Shown in pieces: positions 39,381 through 51,839 of a stretch of DNA of 64,000 bases; position 1 is the stretch's first letter; every line of letters begins with the position of its first letter. The notes beneath the pieces were generated by a model. The model saw only the letters and a program-made list of their open reading frames with translations, ran no database searches and was not told the origin of the DNA. This stretch comes from Octopus sinensis. Its lineage: Eukaryota. A program made the position numbers and the translations under genes. The DNA lies in NCBI RefSeq assembly GCF_006345805.1, contig NC_043007.1:37324001-37388000 (forward strand). Direction: 5' to 3'.

Positions 39381-40237
39381 GAATAAATTTCCAGTTTGTT
39401 TATAATTAATGTGCTCTTTTTATAAGCTGTATTCTGTAAACTTGATTCTAGGCTTGTTGAGTCATACGTAAAAATTTTGTGACACCACAGTTAATTACAT
39501 ACTTTCTCCTCTCTCTCCTTCCTCTTCACATACACACTTCTTATGTATCAGCCTTCTTTATTGCATTGCTGTATTCTGTTCAGACACTTTTATTCTCTTT
39601 TTATAGCCTGTTAAAATGTGCTTTGCTTCAGTGAGGTTTTTTCTTTTTTCTCCCCCCCCCCCTTTTATATAGCATTTTCTGTTTGTTTTTGTTATTTTCC
39701 AATCTAGGTATGTTGCTAGAAAATATTCAGAAGTAGATTAAATAGTTGACCTTTTGCTGTGACCTTTCGGTTCAGTTGTTGATTAGCAACAAGTCAACAC
39801 TAATGAAGCGAAGGTGTTTCAGTGATGACCACTCTTTCCAAGGGCATCTAAGACTACAATATCTAATGTATCCTCCCCACCACCTTTTATTTTGTGATGG
39901 TTGAGTGCAATCTGAATGATATTTGGCTGCTGTTTCTAGCAAATTAAACAATCATGTACAGGATTCTTTTTTGGCATGTATTGTGTTTAGTTTGTGTACA
40001 TGCATAACACTTCCAAAACCTGCAGTTTCCTAAATGGTGTACTACAGGGATCCATTTTCTCACCCACCCTTTTCAATCTGTAGAAACATGGTTTCTCCCA
40101 TACCTTCACTTAATAAACATGTAACCCCAAAAGCTCAACTTGCCAGAAATGTCAGCCAAATCTCTTTGTGTCACACTTTGTCAGCAGGGCATATACTTTC
40201 TTCTAATTTTAATTTTTTTATTTAAAACCCCTCCAGA

Positions 40238-40440
40238 TGTGGGGGTATCATCATTGCCATGTCTATTTTTCAATGCTTGCTTGAGTTGGATGGACGCAAC
40301 CTTAGTGTTTTGTCACTTGTTGCATTCCTTTAACATCTCCTTTGTGAGATTTGGCATACTGAGATCAGCTTTTAGCACTTCTGCCTATGTCATCCTTGGT
40401 TTTCTTCTTCCACTGTTCCCTTCCTCATAGATCTCTTGAC
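40238..40440 (-). mobile_element. RTE RT C-terminal fragment
   Basis: Minus strand SGRRKPRMT*AEVLKADLSMPNLTKEM, followed by a short tail ending in GATGAT. Confidence 0.55.
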
Positions 40441-40462
40441 ACTTCTTTGCCGTACCTATCTA

Positions 40463-40966
40463 CCGTAAATCCTCGGGTATAATCTGCATTTTTTCCCCAA
40501 AAATTGAAGGTCAAAATCCCTAGTGCGTACTATATACGAGGTTAAAAATGAAAAATATTTTCTAAGCAGTGTCCGAGTCTCTATTTGCTGTATAGCAATG
40601 TTTATTCAGACACATTTTGTGATGTCAGGCACGAAAATACCTTAAGCTGAGCCTGAAAGCAATGAAGTCATAAAAGAATCATCCATAACTTGCAGTAAGC
40701 AACAATTATTAAAATAAAAGTATTCAGAACACAGAATAACATATAACAAAAACAATTTGCAAACATATTTACATTCCCATATAACAGTTAAGAACATCAC
40801 CATTATTGTATTATGCATGCACAGAAGTGTTTGTTCGATTAGGTGCTGCTAGCTTAATTACGCACAACTCAAGTTAGAGAAGGGGTGCGTATTATACACA
40901 AGGTTTAGGTTTTTCAGAGGTACAGCCCCTAAAAATCCCCTGCGTATTATACTCGAGGATTTACAG
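40463..40966. mobile_element. Tc1/pogo-type MITE (504 bp) with TA TSD
   Basis: TA|CCGTAAATCCTCGGGTATAA...TTATACTCGAGGATTTACAG|TA. Confidence 0.85.
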
Positions 40967-41742
40967 TATTATCATCTATACACATTGCATCTGATTCCCC
41001 TCATACCTAGTTTCTCTGTCAGCTCACCTGTACCTCATCAGTCATACATATGTAATACTCATGTTACATATTCAGCCAAACATGTTTGCTTCATTTCTTT
41101 CCAGCCTTCTCATATCCTCTGCATTCAGTACAAGTTTCCTGTGATTAAAAATATCAGTTCCCTGTATGCTGAAGACATAGTGTTTAAATGGATGACATCT
41201 GCTTGATGAAAGAATGTTATGGTTGGACAGACAAACAAGTTATTGTTTAACCCCAGGCCGATCAGGCAAACAAACCTACAATCAGATATTTTATCCGTCA
41301 CTATCCTTTTATTGAAACTTGTTATATTTAAGATTACATTATGTGATTTGAGATAGGTTGAACAACCCTGTAGAGTCTCCTTCGATGGTGGAAGACACAA
41401 GTGACATACATTAAGTTAAAGAAGAAAATTTACCAAGGATATTAAAACTCTCAGCAAAATAACACAAGGATTTACAAAAACAGCGGTACGCCATTATCTT
41501 TCCCCTTCCAACTGTCATATTTGTAGGCCCCACCCAGACTGGTGAGATCAAACATCTGAATGTTAATTATGCTGGGAAAATGCAGTGAGAGAACTGGGAT
41601 CTGTGTTTGTTTGATACTCTGATACTGCAGTATTTAATACCCCTTTACATTAAATTCAAATTCCACACTAGACCAGAAGTTTCTTAGGAAAGTGTGTAGT
41701 TATTTAAATTGTTTTACATTTTCATATATGTAAGTGTGTGTG

Positions 41743-41744
<2 letters not shown>

Positions 41745-41820
<76 letters not shown>
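41745..41820. repeat. Long (TA)n followed by (GA)n; many other (TA)n, (GT)n and (TATG)n tracts occur throughout the window
   Basis: Read directly from the sequence. Confidence 0.95.
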
Positions 41821-41821
<1 letters not shown>

Positions 41822-41896
41822 ATTCACAAAAGACGAAGATAGGTGGTGTAGACAACAAACAGATGTATTAGTATAATGCTCAGGAAGTGAAAAAGT

Positions 41897-41932
41897 CTTT
41901 AACGTTTCGAGCCTACGCTCTTCTACAGAAAG
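41897..41932 (-). ncRNA. Minimal type-I hammerhead-like motif (A6U variant), copy 1, within a ~170-bp repeat
   Basis: Minus strand CTTT-CTGTAGA-A-GAGC GTAG GCTC-GAAAC GT T-AAAG: stem I, core, stem II, palindromic ACGT stem III and a GUH site. Confidence 0.6.
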
Positions 41933-42579
41933 GAACACAGTAAGAAACAAGGAGAGAAAATGTGTAGTGGCTAGCTATCTATCATGATTCCAACAGACCA
42001 ATCAATGGGTCACTGTATTTATTTATAATAGTGGGAGTGATAAGGGATTTTCTGTGTAACTTGGTGTGAAGCAAATACCATACAAGGTATTTTATATTTA
42101 AATGCATCAGTTTTTGGTTTGGTTTTTATTTATTTTTTTTTTCACTGATATGCATCAGTAAAAGACACACACACACACATGCATCACACTCTGCACAGTT
42201 TCCATTTACCAAATTTCACCAATAGGCCATTGGTAACTTTGAAGTTATGGCAGAGAGCATTTGTCTGAGATGCTGAGCAATAGAATTGAATCTAGGATCA
42301 TTTTGTTCATCACCCTCTTCATCATTTAATGTCAAGTTTTCTTCCATGCATGTATCTATCAGACGGAATTTGTTGGGATAGATTTTCCGTTGCCAACCCT
42401 CTCCTGTTTCCAGGCAAAGTAATGTTTCTTCATGGCTAGGTATGTTTTCCATAGAAGACTGGAAATGGACAACATGACTTGTACTACAGTAATATCATGA
42501 CAAAGATACATACATATATGCATGTCTATATATCTATCGATCTTTCTGTACACGAACACAACTGGCTTCTTTCAGTTTC

Positions 42580-44600
42580 TTATTTCTTTATTACCCACAA
42601 GGGGCTAAACATAGAGGGGACAAACAAGGATAGACGAAGGGATTAAGTCGGTTACATCAACCCCCAGTGCGTAACTGGTACTTTTTTTTTATTGATCCCG
42701 AAAGGATGAAAGGCAAAGTCGACCTCGGTGGAATTTGAACTCAGAACATAACGGCAGACGAAATACCGCTAAGCATTTCGCCCGGCGTGCTAACATTTCT
42801 GCCAGCTCGCCGCCTTCATTTCTGTCTACCAAATCCACTCACAAGGTTTCAGTCAGCCTGGGGCTATAATAGAAGATGATTTGCCCAAAGTGCCATACAG
42901 TGGGACTGAACCCAACACTACATGTTTATGAAGCAAGCTTCTTAACCACACAGCCATGCCTGCACTTTATTGTAAAGTGAAGTTCTTGACCATAATTTGG
43001 TGAATATTTTATCTGAAGGATGAAAATAAACTCCTGTACAATTTCAAATTCAGGACATGATGGGGGATAAAATGAAATAGCAGTAAGACATGTAATCTAA
43101 TGCTTAACAACAACAGTAATCATCCTATCTGCTGTAGGCTCATGGTCTGAAATTTTGGGGAATGGGGCTAGTTGATTACATCAACCCCAGTGTTTGACAG
43201 TACTTATTTATTAACCCTATAATGAAGAGAGGCTAAGTCAATCCTTGTGGTATTTGAACTCAGAACAGAAAGCTGGAAGAAATGCTGCTAAATATGGTGT
43301 AACTCACCACCTGAAATAATGATGTCAAATATTGGTGCAGTGCTTATTTTATTGACCTCATTCAGATGACAGGTAAAGTCGATCTCAACGACTCAGAACT
43401 CAGTATGTAAAGTCAGAAGAAATACCTATTTCTTTACTACCCACAAGGGGCTAAACACAGAAGGGACAAACAAGGACAGACAAACGGATCGGTACTTATT
43501 TAATCGACCCCGAAAGGATGACAGGCAAAGTCGACCTTGGTGGAATTTGAACTCAGAACGTAGCAGCAGACGAAATACCTATTTCTTTATTACCCACAAA
43601 GGGCTAAACACAGAAGGGACAAACAAGGACAGACAAATGGATTAAGTCAATTATATCGACGCCAGTACGTAGCTGGTACTTATTTAATCGACCCTCGAAA
43701 AGATGTCGATGACAGTCGACATTGGTGGAACTCGAACTCAGAACGTAGCAGCAGACGAAATACTGCTAAGCATTTCGCCCGGTGTGCTAACAGTTCTGCC
43801 GGTTCGCCACCTTATTCAGAAGAAATACCACCAAGCATTTTGTCTAGCATACTAATGATTCTGCTAGCTTGCCGCCTAATAATAATAATAATGTTTCAAA
43901 CATAATCACAAAGCCTGAAATTTGGTGGAGAGGAATAATCAATTATATAGACTTCAGTACTTGTCTGATTTGTGATTTTATCAATTCCTGAAGGATAAAT
44001 GGCAAAACCCTACCTGAGTTGGATTTGAACTCAAAATATAAAGATGTGAGACAATAATGATAATTCGTTTTAACTTTGGCACAAGGCCAGTAAATTTGAA
44101 AGGAGAGGGCAAGTCGAATACATCAATCCCCAGTATTTGACTGGTAATAATAATAATAATAGTAATCAGTTCTATTATAGGCACAAAGCCTAAAATCTGG
44201 TGGGAGAGAGTTAGTCAATTACATTGACCCCAGTGCGTCACTGCTACTCAATTTATCAACCCACAAAAAGGATGAAAGTAAAAGTCAACCTCAGCAGAAT
44301 TTGAACTCGGAACATAATGGTGGACGAAATACTGCTAAGCATGTCGTCCAGTGTGCTAACGATTCTGCCATTTTGCTGCTTTAATATTAATAATCCTTTC
44401 TACTATAGGCACAAGGCCTGAGCTTTCGAGGGAGGGAGCTAATTGATTACATCAATCCAAGTACTAAACTAGTTCTTACTTTTGTTTGGTCCCAAAAGGA
44501 TGCAAGGCAAAGTCAACCTTGTCAGAATTTGAGCCCAGAATGTAAATCTGGAAGACATGCCCCAGAGCATTTGTCCAGCATGCTAACAAATTTGCTAGTT
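42580..44600 (-). mobile_element. Cluster of about 8 co-oriented Meta-like SINE units; the first is nested inside a dominant-family SINE
   Basis: Repeated GAATTTGAACTCAGAAC and GCAAAGTCGACC motifs. The unit at 42580-42817 splits CTTCTTTCAGTTTCT|GTCTACCAAATCC of another SINE. Confidence 0.8.
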
Positions 44601-44611
44601 TTCTTGCTTAA

Positions 44612-44961
44612 TCTATATATATAAAGCTGAAGTTGTCTGTGTATGGGCAGGTTTGGTAGCCTTCAACTAACACTATCTCCTCCGAGACCCTGCGGCACAA
44701 GTTGACCAAAATTGAGAGTAGAAGAAGGCTTGCTCTTCATTCTGTAGAAGATAAAATTCAAATCAGACCATGTTAAGACCAAAAGTTATTTATCCCTATT
44801 TTTTACGATTTTTTCACTGCTGTGCCGCCATTTGTATTTCAACCAGAAAAATGTTCACTTAAAGAGAATAACAAGCTACATAATGCAAAATTTTTACTTT
44901 TCAAAAATTCCAATTCTAAAGGGTCGAAACAAACCCGAGCAATGCCAGGCGATACTGCAAG
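44612..44961 (+). mobile_element. Non-autonomous Helitron
   Basis: A|TCTATATATATAAA 5' end; 3' CCCGAGCAATGCCAGG hairpin remnant, then GCAAG|T (degenerate CTAG), between A and T. Confidence 0.65.
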
Positions 44962-45924
44962 TAATAATAATAATAATAATGATGATGTTGATAGATCATA
45001 TATTTATTACAAGTAACTGTTTCATTAAACAGCTGCTGTTTGCTATGTTAATCTTCGGTTTAATATGATGCAGTTTTGGCTGACCACTGTGTTTTTCACT
45101 TATTTACTCTATACACAATTTGTGGATGAAGAGGTGCTATTCACGTGTCTTTAGAGTGTATTATTGTGTATTCACGTGTTCCTAGTATGGAGTGTTTGTG
45201 TGTGTTCATGTGTTTTTGTGATTGTATTGTGTGTGGGCAGAGAGAAAGTGTTACCATATGGTGTGTGTGTGTGTGATTGCTTGTTCCATGATGCGTATAT
45301 AATGCATGAGGTGGTGGGGAGAAGAAGCAGTCTTTATTTAAGCTATTCTCATTCATTTTATCAAATAAGCCTTTGTGATTTGTTTAAAATGTGGATTCTG
45401 CTTATTATTCATAGGTGAAAGGGTTTGGTGCCTTAGGGTCTTTAGGGAACCTTACATAATCCTATTTGACTCTACTTTTTCACTATTTTACAAAGAAAAA
45501 TCATTAATCTTCTGACACACTCCAGTTTTTATTGTTTTTATCATATAATTTCTTCTCCTTTAAAAAGCTAATTTAATCTTTCCCTCCTCATAATAGAATT
45601 AAAAAAACAAAGCGAATCGGATTTTATAAATTATGTATCCCCAACCCCATCATCCCTCTAATCTAAATCTAAATCTTTATCTATGATTTGTTTTGGGTAA
45701 CACTCTATTCTTAAGTCAGAAACCATTTTGATTATTATTATTATTATTATTAGTCTCTTAAAAAATATTGCTGCTACACTTGAAGAAGTAATCCTATATA
45801 ACCCTCTCTTTTGGCTCTGTTAGGATTTATTGCAGAGCCTTCTTATAATCATAATAAACTGAAACAAATATATAATTTCTGGCACTGCCAAAACTATGCC
45901 AAACAGACCTCACTAGAGCTGGTG

Positions 45925-46510
45925 CCATGTAAAAAGCATCCAGTCCACTCTGTAAAGTGAGTGGCATTTAAAAGGGCATTTAGGCCATGAAAACCATGTC
46001 AATACAGATCTCATCAGTGCTAATGCCACATAGAAACCCCATGCCAAAACAGACAGTAGAGCTTAGTGTATTCCTCTGGCTTACCAGTTCCTGTGAAACT
46101 GTCCACCCCAAGCTAGCATGGAAGATGGACATTAAATGATGATGATGATTATATATATATATACATATATATATATATAATCATCGTTAAATGTCCACTT
46201 TCCATGCTAGCATGGGTTGGACGATTTGACTGAGGACTGGCGAACCAGATTGCTGCACCAGGCTCCAATCTTGATCTGGCAGAGTTTCTACAGCGATGCC
46301 CTTCCTAATGCCAACCACTCTGATAGTGTAGTGGGTGCTTTTACGTGCCACAAGCATGGGGGCTAGTCAGGCGGTACTGGAAACGGCCACGCTCAAATGG
46401 TTTTTTTTTTACATGCCACCTGCACAGGAGCCACTCCAGCGGCACTGGCAACGACCTTGCTTGAATATTTTTTCACGTGCCACCAGCAAAAGTGCCAGTA
46501 AGGCGATGCT
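45925..46510. mobile_element. Two RTE-tail elements in tail-to-tail orientation separated by (AT)n
   Basis: The + copy ends GATGATGAT at 46149; the - copy begins ATCATCG at 46180. Confidence 0.85.
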
Positions 46511-47429
46511 GGTTTTATATATATATATATATATTTATTGTGTGTATCATCGCCATTGTTATTTGCATGGAGCAGACGAGACTTAGTTGAAAAAGAATTT
46601 TCTGTTGCTTAGATGTTCTTCCTGCTCCCAAGCAAGGTAATATTTCCCTTTGTCTATTGACATGCTTTCATTGAGGATTGCGAACAGATGATACAGTTTG
46701 CACATGTCACAATACATCTTGCATGTGCATACACACGTACACAAACATGCATACTCATTATGGATTTCTTCCCATTTTTGTCTACCAAATCTCTCCCACA
46801 AGGTATTGGCTGACCTACAGCAAGTAGTAGATGACACCAGCCAATAGTTTACATGCAGTGGGAACAAACCTCATGTTATGTGGTTTAAGAAGTTTGCTTC
46901 CCAACCATAGGGTTTTGGATTCAGACCTGCCTCAAGGCACTTTAGGCATTTGTCTTCTACTATAGCCTCAACCAAAGCATTGTGGGTGGATTTGGCAGAC
47001 AGAAACTGAAAAAGCCTGGTGTGTGTTGTCTTGACACAGCATGATAGCTGTAAATAAGTGTCATTGTCATACAAACAGTGCCATTCACTTCCAGTATTCT
47101 GCAAAAGGAGAGACACACACACACACAATTATATATATAAAGTGCTTCTTTCAGATTCTGCCTACCAAATCTGCACATAAAGCCTTGGACAGCTGAAGGC
47201 TATAGGTGTCATGCAATGGGACTGAACTCAGAATTATGTGGTTGGGAAACAAGCTTCTTGCCCCCTTCCCCAATTTTTTGATTTAAAAATAATTTCTTCG
47301 TTCTTTTGTCATTATTAGTTTTTAATAAGTTATAAAGGCATTTAAAGAGATATTTAATGAAACTGTTAAGAAAATAAAAATAAAAGACAAAAACAAGAAT
47401 TCAGTCATACAGTATTGATATAGTTGGAA

Positions 47430-48274
47430 TATTTAAGTGCCATTCAAGTGTGGATCAATGCTAGTGCTGCCTGACTGGCTCCGCATGCCAGTGGAATGTA
47501 AAAAGCACCATCTGAATGTGGTCAATGCCAGTGCTGCCTGACTGGCTCCCGTACCCATGGCATGTAAAAAGCACCCACTACACTCAGAGTCGTTGGCGTT
47601 AGGAAGGGCATCCAGCTGTAGAAACCTTGCTATATCAGATTGGAGCCTGACGCAGCCTACTGGCTTGCCAGTCCTCAGTCAAACCATCCAACCCATGCCA
47701 ACATGGAAAACGGACGTTAAACGATGATGATGGTGAATGTCCAACAATTATATAAACTCAGAGGCTGAAGACCTGTGACTAATTTTATTAAGTGCTGGCA
47801 CTTGAAACTCTTAGACCTTGAGTCACTCTGTTACTTCTGCTAAATATTAATGAAGATATACGTATACTCATATTTTGAGTTTCTATTTTATATATATATA
47901 TATATATCTTATATAAAATCCATTCTGTCTGTGTGTGTGTGTGGCTTCAAGGATCTTGGAAACCCTCCATCCGATTGCGCTCAAATTTGATATGTAGATA
48001 CTGACAGTATCGCGGCATGTATAAGTCTTGAAAAAATTACAAAAATTGATTCCAGGTGAGAATGCGATTGATAAAGCCATGGGAAATCGTTTTTCTTTGG
48101 AATAGGAAAAAAGTCTATATTTATTTCTTCTTTTGCTGGTGTTTCAAATTTAGGTTAAATCAGTGTTTCTCAAAGGGGAGGCCTATGGGATGGTTGGACA
48201 AGTTGTTTTGAGAAAATTTGGTTTAAATGTTTGACAACTCAGCACCGTCCATTGGAGGGGGGGGCGTTTTGTTC

Positions 48275-48333
<59 letters not shown>

Positions 48334-51268
48334 CAAGGATGCTATTAAACCCATGCTATGGTTTCACATCAATATTGAAGAGAATGTCAGCAGTCTTTCG
48401 GTGAAATGTGAAGGAGGATTGACAACATCCACTTAGCTATCAGCATGAAGCCATAGAATACAGATTTAATGATATAGACACTATAGTACAAATGTTTACC
48501 TGTGTGTTTTGTGTACAGTGTGTATATATGCATAGATTGTATATGAATATGAGAGAGAATTCCCCTCTTTCTCACTCACGCACAATGTAATAACATGTGC
48601 AGGCATGGCTATGTGCACTGCAGCATCTTGGGTATCTTCTATAGCTTTGTGCAAATCAAAGTCATGTGATTGAATTTGGTAAACAGAAGCTAAAGGAAGC
48701 CAGTTGTGTGTGTATGTTTACATTTGGGTTCTTCGAGAGTTGTTTGCTGCAAGTGATGGTGTTGATGTCATCTCTCTTACCAGAGTGCTCTCTCACTTTG
48801 TAGATGTGTGGAAGAAGAGCTCCCTTATTTGAAAATCAGGTACAGGTTTAATAACAGGAAGGGCATCCAGCCATAGAAACCATGCCAAAATTGAAACAGT
48901 GGAGCATGATGTACTCCTTCAGCCTGTTGGAACCTGTCTAACTGTCCAGCCCATGCTAACATGGAAAGCAGTTGTAAAAATGATAGCCGACAAATGAAGT
49001 GAGTTCATGGCTCGCAGGATGGCCTGCTGTGCTAACCTTGGATCGTAGAGTGACCTGCTGTTCTTGAGGAGACCTATTGAGTCAAGTACATCAACACCAA
49101 CATGAAAATAAAAATCAAATGGAAATTGTAGTTAAGATACCTGTGCTGGTGACACGTAAAATGCACCATCCGAACGTCGCTGATGCCAGCGTCGCCTGAC
49201 TGGCATCCGTGCCAGTGACACATAAAAAGCACCAACTGATCGTGGCCGTTTGCCAGCTTTCTCTGGCCCCTGTGCCAGTGGCACGTAAAAAGCACCTACT
49301 ACACTCACGGAGTGGTTGGCATTAGGAAAGGCATCCAGCTGTAGAAACACTGCCAGATCAGGCTGGAGCCTGGCGCAGCCTCCTGGCTTCGCAGACCCTG
49401 GTCAAACTGTCCAACCCATACTAGCATGGAAAACGGACGTCAAACGATGATGATGATAATGATTTCAGTATAAGTGAGGTTGATTTGTATGAAGTTTGCT
49501 TCTCAACTACTTGGTTTTGCTACAATTTCACTGCATGACACCTTAGGTATCTTCTGCTATAGCTCCAGTCCAACTAAGGCCTTGTGAGTCAATTTTATGG
49601 CTAGAAACTGAAATAAATTCATCATTTACGTGCGTATGTGTGTCTTACTGTTTCCTTGCCTTGACATCGTGTGATAATTGTAAATAAGTGTCATTGTAAT
49701 ATAAAGCAGTGTTCTTCATTTCCAGTATTCCATGAAAACATGGGGGAAATGTTTGAGAGTTGGTTATAGGAAGCGTATCCAAGCATAGAAAACCCACCTC
49801 AATAAATTTTCGTCTGACGCAGGCAAGCATTAAAAAGTGGACATTAAAACAATGATATATATATATATATATAATTTCCATTTCAAAATAAATATCAAAT
49901 AGAAATTGTAGTAGTTGTGATACCTGTGCAGGTGGCATGTAAAAAGCACCAACCGATCGTGGCCGCTGCCAGCCCCCCCCCCCCCGGCACGTAAAAAGCA
50001 CCCACTACACTCACGGAGTGGTTCGCGTTAGGAAGGGCATCCAGCTGTAGAAACACTGCCAGATCAGACTGGAGCCTGGTGCAGCCTCCTGGCTTCCCAG
50101 GCCCCAGTCGAACCGTCCAACCCATGCTAGCATGGAAAACGGACATTAAACAATGATGATGATGATATATATATATATATGTTGTATTTTGATGGTAGTC
50201 TAGTGAATGTCTAATGATTTCTCATGTAAATATATGATTTCAATTTCATTGTAGTTTTACTTTTTTTTATTGACTGACTTCTTTTTGGTACCTACTTTTT
50301 GCGTAGCCGCATTCTGGCTGTCTGGCCACTGTGTATCTGTGTATTTTGATAACCAGCTTGCTAACTGTTTTGATCACTATATTTTAGCTAACTGGACACT
50401 ATATTTTGGTCTGCATACTTGACCACTTTAGTTATTTCTGTACTGTCTGGTCACCACTATACTATAATGCGGTTGTCTGATAACCCTTTTGCCTGCCTGC
50501 TCACTATAATTTGGCTTGCATACTTTGTAGTGTTGAGTTCAACTCAGTTCCTCCTTTAAGCCTTGAGATGTCACTATAGCATGCAAAGCACATTCTTCCC
50601 ATGCACACACACTCTGAATATCATTCAGGATCACTTTGTCATTGGATTCAGAATCTGATTCTGTTTATGGGTTGTGTAACATCCTGTTATGTGTAATACA
50701 CTCATGTGCAGGTGGCCACTTCCACATGAATGCCTTCCTCAGTCACAATGGTATTCTGTTTTACTTTATTTCCTTTTTCCTTTAAATTGCTTGTCTTTTG
50801 TTGACACTGTTGTTGTTTAGCACCAGTCCTGATTCAGCTGACCTATGATCAAAGGCATTCCATTTTTGGCCACTCCATCCTTTATTCAGACACATGTATC
50901 TAGGACTACATTTTCTAATATGTGTTGAGTGTGATTGTTACCAGCGTAGCCTTACTGGCACATGTGCCGGTGGCATGTGTAAAAAGATTCGTTACCAGCG
51001 TCGCCTTAATGGCACCTGTGCCAGTGACATGTGTAAAAAGATTCGTGCAAGGTCGTTGCCAGTACCACCTGCTCTGGCTCCTGTGCCGGTGGCACGTAAA
51101 AGCACCCACTACACTCCCGGAGTGGTTGGCGTTAGGAAGGGCATCCAGCTGTAGAAACTCTGCCAGATCAAGATTGGAGCCTGGTGCAGCCATCTGGTTC
51201 ACCAGACCTCAGTCAAATCGTCGAACCCATGCTAGCATGGAAAGTGGACGTTAAACGATGATGATGAT
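47430..51268 (+). mobile_element. Series of co-oriented RTE-tail elements (47430-47735, 48850-48985, 49040-49460, 49875-50165, 50910-51268)
   Basis: Each contains an AGGAAGGGCATCCAG-like core; most end in GGACGTTAAACGATGATG-like tails. Confidence 0.85.
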
Positions 51269-51417
51269 TTTTTACCCTAGTGTGTAACTTGAGAGCTGTA
51301 GCTTTCATTTGTTGCAGGTTGAGCAACAGCTTAAACCTACCTAGGTTTGTTGTTGTTGCTGCTGGTGTTGTTATTGTTTTTTCTACTGTCACTCTGTTGT
51401 TTTCTCTGTATTTTCAG

Positions 51418-51547
51418 CTACAATGGTCACCTTGTAAATTATGAAAAGGGTAGAAAACGGAGCAAATTCATCCTGACCAAACGATCTGCAGCCAATGGAG
51501 TGAAGCCTTATAAGAAACATGTGGTCAAAAACCCTCAGAATTCCAAA
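51418..51547 (+). CDS. Peli: Pellino coding exon
   Basis: Acceptor ttttcAG and donor AAA|GTAATC. Translation (G)YNGHLVNYEKGRKRSKFILTKRSAANGVKPYKKHVVKNPQNSK aligns by eye with Pellino YNGSLPNGDRGRRKSRFALFKRPKANGVKP. Confidence 0.95.
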
Positions 51548-51839
51548 GTAATCATAATTCTTTCTAGCAAGTTCTACATTTCTCTCTAGCATATTCTCTT
51601 CTCACCTTTCAATTCTCTTAACATCTTTCTCTCTAGCACATTCTCTTATCATCTCTCTCTCTCTTTCTCTAGCATGTTATCTTAACCCTTCTCCCTCTTG
51701 TACATTGTCTTTCCACCCATCAGTCTAGCAGTTCTATTTTACCTCTCCACTGTATTTCATTCCTCCAGCAAGTTCTGTACACTGTTCCACCAGCAAGCTC
51801 TCTGCATCATGTTCCTAGTACATTCTCCAGTTTAAGCTG

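Noticed and set aside
47900-48110. Second Helitron-like 5' end (TCTTATATAAAA...CCGATTGCGCTCAAATTTG)
   Set aside because: No matching 3' hairpin or CTAG end was found.
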